Shown piece by piece: positions 44,669 through 53,042 of a stretch of 64,000 nt of DNA. Both the position numbers and the translations under genes were made by a program. The DNA is taken from assembly GCA_963806325.1 (NCBI GenBank), contig CAWDXL010000002.1, positions 128,802 through 192,801 on the forward strand, written 5' to 3'. Origin of the DNA: Candidatus Parcubacteria bacterium. GTDB lineage: Bacteria; Patescibacteriota; Minisyncoccia; Phycocordibacterales; JAKAEA01. Each line of letters opens with the position of its first letter. The stretch's first letter is position 1. The notes beneath the pieces are model-generated. The model worked only from the letters and a program-made list of their open reading frames with translations. It did no database searches and was not told the DNA's origin.

Positions 44669-44849
44669 TGTTGTCTATATATAACAACAAAAATAAAATA
44701 TTATCATTATATATGTCAAAAGTTGTTTAAATGTTTAAACAGTAAATTTCGCTGCGACATAAGGTAGTTCCACTAAGTTGTTGATCAGTATCAACATTCA
44801 TTTTTAGAATGTACTCTAATTCAAAATAAGTCGTTCTTAGGATCAAACA
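44669..44849. promoter_or_regulatory. Phased operator array C
   Basis: Sites start at 44669, 44724, 44779 and 44832. Confidence 0.8.
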
Positions 44850-44857
44850 AAACACAG

Positions 44858-45319
44858 TTACCTCTTATACATCTCCTCTAAAATAAAGAATACGAGCTGG
44901 CATGTGCTGCAGTGGTTGAGATTTTTGTCCGATAAAATAAAATTCCGCATCTTGGTGTCGTTTGAAAGTGCGAGGTACATTTTTCTTAGAAGCTCTTTAT
45001 CACACTGCTCGAGCTTATTGTACAAGCTTTCTGCTTCACTGAAAGCAAACTTGTGTTTGTATTTGCTGCACACTATTTTTTTAACTTTTTCCAGAAGATG
45101 TTCCCTTTCGATTGTTGCCAAAAGATAATTTCCCATCTCGCACGGAGTTATCCTTTCTCGCCAGTCAGCTTCCGGAAAACTTATTTCAAACTGGTCAAAA
45201 AGCTCAAGCAAATCTTTTTTACAGATGACTGATCTTGCTAAAACTATCTCAAGCCATCTAAATTCGAGTTCGGTGTAACCATTCCAGATATCTGTCAACT
45301 CCTGTATTTCAGTAGGCAT
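44858..45319 (-). CDS. Hypothetical protein
   Basis: About 153-aa ORF downstream of array D. Confidence 0.6.
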   Translation of the reverse strand: MPTEIQELTDIWNGYTELEFRWLEIVLARSVICKKDLLELFDQFEISFPEADWRERITPCEMGNYLLATIEREHLLEKVKKIVCSKYKHKFAFSEAESLYNKLEQCDKELLRKMYLALSNDTKMRNFILSDKNLNHCSTCQLVFFILEEMYKR

Positions 45320-45347
45320 ATACAAGGAAGCTTAGTATTCTGTTTTT

Positions 45348-45527
45348 TGTTGTCAAAGCACAACAGTATTTATTATATTCCCGTGAAAATATGTCAAAAG
45401 CTGTTTAAGTGCCAAAACATCCAGTCTTGTGCAATATAGCTAAAAATCAGCGGTTTATTTTTAGTTTATAACAGCTAAATAAAGGAGTTTATTGATTTAA
45501 ATTTTATTTTGTTATGTTATACAAACA
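45348..45527. promoter_or_regulatory. Phased operator array D
   Basis: Sites start at 45348, 45402, 45456 and 45510. Confidence 0.8.
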
Positions 45528-45555
45528 CTCTCCATGAATATTCATTTTGCCAAGT

Positions 45556-45885
45556 CTATTCGATATCTCTCTTTTTGGTAAAAAATCCCTGCCGAAGGCG
45601 AAAAGCTATTCGTCTGTCGTGATGAACAATAGGCATACCAATCACTTGTTTGCATGTGGCGCATGTGAGCGGCGCAATATTTTTAGGATCTGTAGACCCT
45701 CTATCATATTGCAATTTCTCAAAATTTTCTGGTCCAAATATCCGATTAAGATAGCAACGCTTCAGTTTTCCATCACTATCTTTTTGATAATGAAGCAGTT
45801 CAGCACCACACAGACAAAAAAGCCTGATCATGAATGCTTTTCCGCCACGTATCTTGCGGTACTTGTCGTTTTTCATTTTCACCAT
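45556..45885 (-). CDS. Small zinc-finger-like protein
   Basis: CLCG..YQKD..G.LKRCYLNRI..CATC motif. Confidence 0.7.
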   Translation of the reverse strand: MVKMKNDKYRKIRGGKAFMIRLFCLCGAELLHYQKDSDGKLKRCYLNRIFGPENFEKLQYDRGSTDPKNIAPLTCATCKQVIGMPIVHHDRRIAFRLRQGFFTKKRDIE

Positions 45886-45945
45886 AAAACCAATATCTTA
45901 TAGAGGTAGGGTGTTGAAATTTAATCTTTCAATTTCTTAAATTAC

Positions 45946-46578
45946 TCAAATTAGCCTCTGTTTATTTATTTCTTCATAAGTGAGATTGAATCCGTATTCT
46001 TTTGTGAAAGATTCTTCAAACTTCTCTTTTGTTTTAATATTCTTTAAATTTTTAATAAAATTGAGCAACTTTTGCTTGCCAAATTTTTCAACGAGACCAT
46101 CAACAAAAAAACCTGCTTCGCTATATACCTCTTTTCCTCCAACTTCATAAAACTCAAGGAATTTACTAAATACTATCGGTTTTTTCTTGAATTTAATTTG
46201 ACCCGATGTATATATTGCAACACCCTCATTGAGCCATACAGGTGTATGGTTTCCGCCTGCAAGAATATTATAAAAAGAGTGGCTTAGTTCGTGCTTTATT
46301 AATGCAGAGTACTCATCTGGGTGGTACACATGATCACTCTCTTTTCCAAAATTATCCTTATTTAATATATATACTGTTTTCCCTTCTGACCAACCGACTA
46401 TCCATTTCTCAGTTTCCTCACCTTTCAAAAGATTGATAGTTTCACGATTATCAACAATAACGATTTTGGGAAGATGGTGTATCCAGTTAATTTCATAGAA
46501 AATATTTAAATCACTCATTGAATTCTTATATACACTTTCCAGAAAATCATCTTTTGTTAAATTTATTTTAAATATCAT
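45946..46578 (-). CDS. Gluzincin/peptidase MA-like protein
   Basis: HELSH plus P.WLNEG.A.Y motif. Confidence 0.75.
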   Translation of the reverse strand: MIFKINLTKDDFLESVYKNSMSDLNIFYEINWIHHLPKIVIVDNRETINLLKGEETEKWIVGWSEGKTVYILNKDNFGKESDHVYHPDEYSALIKHELSHSFYNILAGGNHTPVWLNEGVAIYTSGQIKFKKKPIVFSKFLEFYEVGGKEVYSEAGFFVDGLVEKFGKQKLLNFIKNLKNIKTKEKFEESFTKEYGFNLTYEEINKQRLI

Positions 46579-46602
46579 GTTTGTAGTTAAATTGTAGCAT
46601 AA

Positions 46603-46640
46603 AATAAAAGGAGAGGTCGGGGTTTAATCCGCCTCTCCTG
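46603..46640 (-). terminator. Intrinsic terminator after the precursor peptide
   Basis: AGGAGAGG..CCTCTCCT stem followed by TTTATTTT. Confidence 0.75.
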
Positions 46641-46645
46641 TCGTT

Positions 46646-46777
46646 CTACTTATCACAGTCACTGGCGCAGTCACATGAGACACAGTCGTAGCAGGCACCG
46701 TTGTCACACGACAGACTTTGTGTGCCAGTCCGTACTTCCGTCTCCACAAGAGACACGAAACCATCTTCTTGCTGCAT
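46646..46777 (-). CDS. Cys/Asp-rich RiPP precursor peptide, 43 aa (not in the ORF track)
   Basis: MQQEDGFVSLVETEVRTGTQSLSCDNGACYDCVSCDCASDCDK*; strong SD AGAAAGGAGGTGA; next to rSAM; terminator follows. Confidence 0.88.
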   Translation of the reverse strand: MQQEDGFVSLVETEVRTGTQSLSCDNGACYDCVSCDCASDCDK

Positions 46778-46819
46778 GATAATTATCACCTCCTTTCTAT
46801 TTGAATGTACTATTAATTT

Positions 46820-48133
46820 TTATATCAATGATACAGCATTGCGACGTGCAAGTCCCCACACAAACTCCTGTGGATCAAGTCCCCACCAGTCAATTGTTTT
46901 GGTAACAATGTTGTATGTGGTCTCAGATTTCAACTGACTTAATACAGCAAAACCGTTGTGATCCAAAAACACGTTATTATTACTAGAAACAAAGACCCCG
47001 CCAAAAGCTTCCCTTCTTAATCTAAAAATTGGCGTTTTAAAACAGCCGATTGAAACTTTCTGTGGATGTTTCTTTGAAAGTTTAATGGCCTCTATCATTT
47101 CTTCGACATGATCAAGTGCAGTTAGGGAGTCCAACCCATTAATTTTACCGGTACTAGTTTTTGCCTCCATCCGACAACCGGAACCGCACATGTTAAGCAT
47201 GTTGCAAGTCGAGCACTCGGTAGGGACATTGACTCTTTGGCTCCACGGATCCATTTTTGCCCAAATCGTACCAAGGTCTTCTTTTAGTAAATTCCCACAT
47301 GATGTGTCGAGATGAGGACAAGGCCTCACTGAACCATCGTATGAGATAGTGGCTGTAGTAACTCCCGCATTACATCTTCTCGACGTAAATAGTTCTGGGT
47401 GTTTGACGCCATACAAACCACAATACGGGATTGGCTCAAGACTATCCACATGAAGGCCGAGATTTTCGTGGATCCAACAAAGGTCGTTGAGAAACTGAAT
47501 TAATTGCGGTCGATTTACTTGTAGATGAGAGAAGTCTGAACAGTTTCCAGGACATCCGGCTTTAGTTGCCATGAAGTTATTGATTCCGAGCTTGGCAACA
47601 AATTTTGCTGTTTCTATCACTTGACCGTGATTAATTTGAGAAACAACCATATTCGCCGATACTCGAATTCCAGCATCCTGAGCATTTTTGATTCCTTCAA
47701 CCAATTTTCTAAAAGACCCCTGTCTTTGGGTAATGGAGTCGTGTATCTCAGGGGTGGGACCTAGAATCGAGGTTAGTGTATGATCAAGTCCTGCGCGCTT
47801 AAGACTTCTTGCTTTTTCTACAGTAAGTGGCACAAGATTTGAATTTAAACCAACCCCCATATTCATTGATCGAGCATACTCGATGCTCGAGAGAGTTGTT
47901 GTAAAATTAAGAAGAGGTTCCCCACCAGTTATGCTCACATTAAATACTTCAGCCTCACCAAGTTTTGCAAGTATGCTTAAGGCATCTTTTTCACTGAGTG
48001 AAACATTCTGTAAACAAGATGCTGTCTTCTCGTCTTTTTCCCTCCAAAAATTATAGCAATGAACGCATCTACTCGTACATTCTCCAGTGACTTCAATCTG
48101 GACATTAAGTGGCGATCTCAATCTCTTGTTCAT
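46820..48133 (-). CDS. Radical SAM/SPASM peptide maturase with probable C-terminal RRE (PqqD/MftB-like)
   Basis: CTSRCVHC, GGEP; SPASM CNAG..PCP..CSTC.....CGSGC; C-terminal RLRREAFGG. Confidence 0.92.
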   Translation of the reverse strand: MNKRLRSPLNVQIEVTGECTSRCVHCYNFWREKDEKTASCLQNVSLSEKDALSILAKLGEAEVFNVSITGGEPLLNFTTTLSSIEYARSMNMGVGLNSNLVPLTVEKARSLKRAGLDHTLTSILGPTPEIHDSITQRQGSFRKLVEGIKNAQDAGIRVSANMVVSQINHGQVIETAKFVAKLGINNFMATKAGCPGNCSDFSHLQVNRPQLIQFLNDLCWIHENLGLHVDSLEPIPYCGLYGVKHPELFTSRRCNAGVTTATISYDGSVRPCPHLDTSCGNLLKEDLGTIWAKMDPWSQRVNVPTECSTCNMLNMCGSGCRMEAKTSTGKINGLDSLTALDHVEEMIEAIKLSKKHPQKVSIGCFKTPIFRLRREAFGGVFVSSNNNVFLDHNGFAVLSQLKSETTYNIVTKTIDWWGLDPQEFVWGLARRNAVSLI

Positions 48134-48207
48134 GAATGACTCCTGTGCTTTTGGCACATAAAACAATTGTCAAAAAACTCTATTTTTGATAGTAATACCA
48201 TTAAAAT

Positions 48208-48387
48208 TGTTGTCTATATCCAACAACAATAAAATAACATCTTAACGTATGTGTCAAAACCTGTTGAAAGACTGAAACATATAACAGTATTTAATCTAGG
48301 GAAAATTTAGCTGTTTATTTTTACTTCATAACAACTATTTTTATGGCTGTACTGATTTCTGGGATAAGTTGTTATGAAAATCAAACA
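48208..48387. promoter_or_regulatory. Phased operator array E
   Basis: Sites start at 48208, 48262, 48316 and 48370. Confidence 0.8.
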
Positions 48388-48395
48388 GATGTGAT

Positions 48396-48424
48396 TTGAC
48401 AAAAAAATTAGCTGAGAATATTAT
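48396..48424 (+). promoter_or_regulatory. Near-consensus sigma70 promoter
   Basis: TTGACA-N17-TATTAT. Confidence 0.7.
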
Positions 48425-48627
48425 ATGGCACATATTATGCGAATATATTTCGACTGTCAGCAGCAGATACTAACGCCCCAGCAGATGCAACATCTGTCGC
48501 TTTTGTATAGCCGAAACATATTTAGCTAACCCTCAAACCTAAATATATCCCGGCTGCACAAAAGCCGGGACTTTTGTGCAGTATGCGTTCTTTCCAGTTC
48601 TTTGGTCTTATTGTGAAGGAGTTCCCT

Positions 48628-48861
48628 ATGTGGGGAATGGCACAAGTTGTAGCCGTTGATACTTTCTCTACTTTGGAGAAGCTCAAGTCTCATGATCTGC
48701 GTCAACTCGCCAGGAGTCTGGATCCTGAGCACAGATCTCTCGTTGCTCAACAAATGGATACACCTGATGATGTGTTAAGAGATCTATCTGTTGATGGGTC
48801 ATCGGAAAAAGTTCGTATGGCCGCAAAATCCACGCTGCAGAAGAAGTATCCTCACGGTTGA
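48628..48861 (+). CDS. Small protein with LRV/HEAT-like repeat
   Basis: SD AAGGAG; TPDDVLRDLSVD..EKVRMAA motif. Confidence 0.55.
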   Translation: MWGMAQVVAVDTFSTLEKLKSHDLRQLARSLDPEHRSLVAQQMDTPDDVLRDLSVDGSSEKVRMAAKSTLQKKYPHG

Positions 48862-48947
48862 GGTGTTGTCCGTGCGGCAAACGGGCTCCTAAAAAGGGCG
48901 ACTATCGTCTAGTTGCCCTTTTTCTTTTATTATCTATCGATAATATT

Positions 48948-50129
48948 CTATAATCCGAAAATTTTCTTAAAATTATCAGCGACTTCTTTGCGGTGAGCCA
49001 CTTGCTCCGGAGTATTGTAATGCGGATTCAATATGCTATCCATAACGATAAGAGAGCGGTTTGATTCAAGCGGCTGTTTGTTTAAGATTCTGCGTACACA
49101 GTATGCAACAGCGGCACCATTGACGAGTGCTGCACCGCCAAGCTGCGGCCACGAAACAATCGTTTTCCCCATTTCCATGAGCGATTGCTGCATGCGCTCA
49201 GTGACATTTTCTGGTCCGACATGCTGAGTAATTGTTTTGCCGATGCCAAATTTATCAAGCTTGCTCAATGATTCATAGGTCACCCCAGGAAGCCTGCCTT
49301 GGAAAAATGGGGTGTTTCGATCGAGATCGTATCGTTCAACATCAACGACCGCATTGTCACCGTTGTCTGCAGCCATGACAATTGGCACACGGTGTTTCTT
49401 GGCATTTTCGCGAATGAGAAATTTTACGGCAAGATTGTCGAGTTCATCAATCATGACATCAAGCCCTTTGACAAAGGTATCAACATTGTCAGGCTGAATA
49501 CCGTCAGGAAATGTTTCCACAACGGCGTAAGGATTGATTTCATAAATAAATCGGGCAGCCATATTCACTTTAAGCACTCCGAGATTGTCGACGCCGGAAA
49601 GAATCCTATTTGTATTTGAAAGCGCGAGGCGATCCATGTCGGCGAGCTTCATGTGCTTTGCTCCGCCTTGAAGCGCAAGAGCAAACGCTACACTCGATCC
49701 GACACTCAGTCCACCAATGCCAACGGTGGCGTTATAAAATTTGTCCTGCTCTTCCTGATTGATAAGGTTTCTGTTGCGGGCTGTGCGCACCATCTGAAAA
49801 TCAGCTTCCGGCAAAACATGAGTCAATTTTGAAATCCACGGGAAAAATACCCACAAGCCATGCTGCCAGAGAGGCTGGATTTTCTGCAAATTTTCATAAA
49901 ATGCTTTAAATTCCTGCCTGTACGTCGGGGTATATACTTTTGTCGGATTTTTGACGCCAAAAAGCTCAAGCTGCTCTTCTTCATAATCGTCAACAATGTG
50001 CTGAATGCTGCCATTATCAAAAAGCTTACTTACCGCAGCCCTGTCTTTCTCGTCTGAGAGATTAAAAAGAACAGGCTTTGATGAAATGTCTCTATTTGCT
50101 TCCTGCGTCAATTTTTTGGCAAGGTCCAT
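48948..50129 (-). CDS. ThiF/E1-like adenylyltransferase (Rv1355c N-terminal-like)
   Basis: WVFFPW, RTARNRNLI, GGLSVG, DMDRLALSNTNR and WPQLG motifs. Confidence 0.88.
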   Translation of the reverse strand: MDLAKKLTQEANRDISSKPVLFNLSDEKDRAAVSKLFDNGSIQHIVDDYEEEQLELFGVKNPTKVYTPTYRQEFKAFYENLQKIQPLWQHGLWVFFPWISKLTHVLPEADFQMVRTARNRNLINQEEQDKFYNATVGIGGLSVGSSVAFALALQGGAKHMKLADMDRLALSNTNRILSGVDNLGVLKVNMAARFIYEINPYAVVETFPDGIQPDNVDTFVKGLDVMIDELDNLAVKFLIRENAKKHRVPIVMAADNGDNAVVDVERYDLDRNTPFFQGRLPGVTYESLSKLDKFGIGKTITQHVGPENVTERMQQSLMEMGKTIVSWPQLGGAALVNGAAVAYCVRRILNKQPLESNRSLIVMDSILNPHYNTPEQVAHRKEVADNFKKIFGL

Positions 50130-50264
50130 AGCGTTATCAAATTAAATATATAGATCAGTATATCAAACAACCGCCTGTAGTATCTCGTTGACTTATATAG
50201 AAATAAATGTTATACTCCGCGGCAGATTTCTCATGTAGTTTTCATTCCCTTTTTGGAGGATATT

Positions 50265-51239
50265 ATGAGTCTGTTCGTTGATATGATGGCATTTCCGCAA
50301 CGGCAAACGATGCCTATGTTCTTCGGTGCCGACTTCCCGCGGCCGGCTATTGTCTTCTGCACGGCCGCACCCCCTCTCATCACTTCTTCGGAAGAAATTC
50401 TCGTTGAGGTCAGAAAAACACTGCAGACGCTTAAGGCGCAGCCTGGCGTTACAGTCGTGCGCAAAGCTGCAGACATCACAGACCTCTCAAACGGTATCAA
50501 GGTTGTGCTCGGCCTTCAACATCCCCCACTGGATGCTACTCCCGCGGTCATGATCAGTCTTCGGAAGCTTGGTATCCGCTTCATGACTATCGCGTACAAA
50601 GGTGAAAATATTTATGGAGGCGGATTTCTTAGCAATAAGAGCCTCACAGCTGCCGGCAGCAAATTTCTTCAGATGCTCCAGGAGGCCGGAATGTGGATGG
50701 ATTTCTCCCATATCGGGCATGCCACGGCGCGCGACATTCTTAAAGAATACAAGTATATCCGCTTCCCGATTCTGGCCACCCACACAGGTGCGTACAAAGT
50801 GTACGACAATCCCCGCAATCTTCCCGTGGACATCCTTGAAGGCATTGTGCGACATCATGGTGTTGTGGGTCTATACACCCTCACCTTCGGACTTGACGCA
50901 AGCGACAATTCCCTCGAACCGTTTCGGAGGCATCTGATGCATCTTTTACAGGTGTGCGGCGAAAACTCTGTGGCTATCGGCACTGATGGAATCTATGAGA
51001 CAATGACAGTCGCGGCGCAGCGCGCTCAATTCGAACTCATGAACAAACATGTTGATACCGATGGTCGGATGCGTTCGCGTCATCCTGTCGAACCTCTCCC
51101 GTTAAACGGTGCCAACAAGGATATCGTCCTTCGTGGATATCTGGCCGACTGGCTGGGAGCTTCCGCTGCACATTCCGAAGATCTTGTGAACTGTGTCATG
51201 TTTGGAAACGCCCTCAATTTTTTGCGGGCAAATCTTTGA
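50265..51239 (+). CDS. Membrane/renal dipeptidase (M19)-like amidohydrolase
   Basis: DFSH, ATHTG, RNLP and GTDG motifs; SD GGAGG. Confidence 0.75.
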   Translation: MSLFVDMMAFPQRQTMPMFFGADFPRPAIVFCTAAPPLITSSEEILVEVRKTLQTLKAQPGVTVVRKAADITDLSNGIKVVLGLQHPPLDATPAVMISLRKLGIRFMTIAYKGENIYGGGFLSNKSLTAAGSKFLQMLQEAGMWMDFSHIGHATARDILKEYKYIRFPILATHTGAYKVYDNPRNLPVDILEGIVRHHGVVGLYTLTFGLDASDNSLEPFRRHLMHLLQVCGENSVAIGTDGIYETMTVAAQRAQFELMNKHVDTDGRMRSRHPVEPLPLNGANKDIVLRGYLADWLGASAAHSEDLVNCVMFGNALNFLRANL

Positions 51240-51313
51240 TCTTTTTTGTACAAAAAAACAAAACCGACTCTTTTCTTTATTGAACTGAGGCGGTTTTTTT
51301 CTAAACTTTGATA

Positions 51314-52864
51314 TTATTTCTTGACCCATTTCTGCTTGGTGCCGAGGCCAAAGTGTGTCGGATCGCCATGCGGCCAAAAGACGATGCGGGGATCAACACG
51401 TCCCGGGAGCATATGCGCATTATTTTTATGTTCAGCGCTTTTTTCAAGCAGAGACTCTGAAATTTTGTTTTGTACTTCCGATTTGAGCCAGTCTGACTCT
51501 ATAATCCCCTGCTTTAATTCCACATTAATGCTGAGAAACTCATTCTGATCGCTGTCATGCTCGGTCGACATTGTGAATTTTCCGGTTATATATTTATCAA
51601 TGCTCGGATGCTGGAGACCTCCTTTGATATATTCAGGGAAAATAATGGCGCCATAGAGCTTTGTAGAAAGATCTGTACGTTCGTACACATACACGAAAGG
51701 CAACTCAGCAATGGTGTCTTCAATACCCGCCTCATGTGCCTTTTTGCGAAGATCAAAACCTTCTTCCTTAAAAATATTTTCGACATCATTAAAATCCATT
51801 ACGCCGCCGTTGTCGCCGATTTCGTAGCGCAGGAGCGGCAGGGCATTGCTTCCGCTGCAGTAGACTTTGCCGTCTATTTCTTCAAAATTGATGAAGTGAG
51901 GATTAAATTGGGCAAACGTTGGCAACCGATTAGCCTCTTTAAAAAGCTTTGTATAGAGATTTTTATGCTTGAGTGCCAGACGACGGATAAAAATGCTGAG
52001 AGGAGTTTCCTGCGCCATGGTGCCAAGATCGGCGCTGCCATAGACATTCATTGTGTCGCGCAGTACATTTTTAATACCGGTCTTCTCCAAAATGTATTCG
52101 CGGAATTTTTCTGAAAATCCTTCAGCGGCAAAAATTATTTTAAGATTATAATTGTGCCAGAACACCCCATGATCTTCTCCTTCATCGATCACGTCTTTCA
52201 TAAATGGTGGATAGCCACAGAGAATGACCTGATCAAATTTGCCGCCGATATTTTTAAGCGCCTCGTAAATTTCTTTTTTGTTGACGCCTGGTGTAAGAAT
52301 AGTAAGCGGATATCCGCGCTCAGAAATTGTTTTAAAAGCTTCGTATGTAATGACACCGCCAATCCAGACACCCATGCCAAAACATACAAGCACGAGCGTC
52401 GATTTTTCCTTATCAATATTGCTTGTCTTTAAAAACATTTCATGACAAATGGACGATTGCCAGTCAAGAATACTGTTGCGAGGAAAATAAAATGGCGCAC
52501 CGGTGGAGCCTGACGTTGACGTAAATACAAGCGATTGCGTAAGCGTTCCCTGCATACAGAGTTCTTCTAATAGATACTGCCGAAGATAATTTGCCTTATT
52601 CATAATAGGAACTTTCTTGAAATCTTCATATGTTTTTATCTTTACTGGATTGATGCCGTGAGTCTTAAGAAATGGTTTGTAAGCCGGAACTTTGTCTACG
52701 CAAATGTTAAAAAGCCGCACAAGCTGTGCCTCGCGTTCAGCTTTCCAAAAATCACCTTTTTTTGAATAGATAAATCGTAGAAAATCAAGCGGTCGGGCAA
52801 GCTGCGATTTTGTCCGCTTTGATCCAGTCTTCAATGCTGTTTTTTTTGAAATTGCTTTTGCCAT
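51314..52864 (-). CDS. Phenylacetate-CoA ligase (PaaK)-family adenylating enzyme
   Basis: TSTSGSTG, GYPP, YGSAD and PLLRYEIGD motifs. Confidence 0.88.
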   Translation of the reverse strand: MAKAISKKTALKTGSKRTKSQLARPLDFLRFIYSKKGDFWKAEREAQLVRLFNICVDKVPAYKPFLKTHGINPVKIKTYEDFKKVPIMNKANYLRQYLLEELCMQGTLTQSLVFTSTSGSTGAPFYFPRNSILDWQSSICHEMFLKTSNIDKEKSTLVLVCFGMGVWIGGVITYEAFKTISERGYPLTILTPGVNKKEIYEALKNIGGKFDQVILCGYPPFMKDVIDEGEDHGVFWHNYNLKIIFAAEGFSEKFREYILEKTGIKNVLRDTMNVYGSADLGTMAQETPLSIFIRRLALKHKNLYTKLFKEANRLPTFAQFNPHFINFEEIDGKVYCSGSNALPLLRYEIGDNGGVMDFNDVENIFKEEGFDLRKKAHEAGIEDTIAELPFVYVYERTDLSTKLYGAIIFPEYIKGGLQHPSIDKYITGKFTMSTEHDSDQNEFLSINVELKQGIIESDWLKSEVQNKISESLLEKSAEHKNNAHMLPGRVDPRIVFWPHGDPTHFGLGTKQKWVKK

Positions 52865-53042
52865 TTAGTTAAACAAAAAACGCCACACAAAGGGCGTTTC
52901 TAACGTGAAAATTTAAATATTGCGGCCAACTAATGCATTGACCTCTGGAAACTCCAACCGGTATTGTTCTCGAATCTGTATCATTAATAAATAGATTATA
53001 GCTTAATCCTACACGAACACTGTAGGAAGTCAACTTTTCCTC

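Noticed and set aside
36307-48387. The 18+36 bp periodic arrays as degenerate CRISPR mini-arrays
   Set aside because: Only the 4-bp arms are conserved, there are no cas genes, each array has exactly four units and a fixed -35 box lies inside, which fits operators better
36307-48387. The repeats as integron attC sites
   Set aside because: No integrase in the window, no convincing attC R/L box structure, and the elements lie upstream of genes in promoter register
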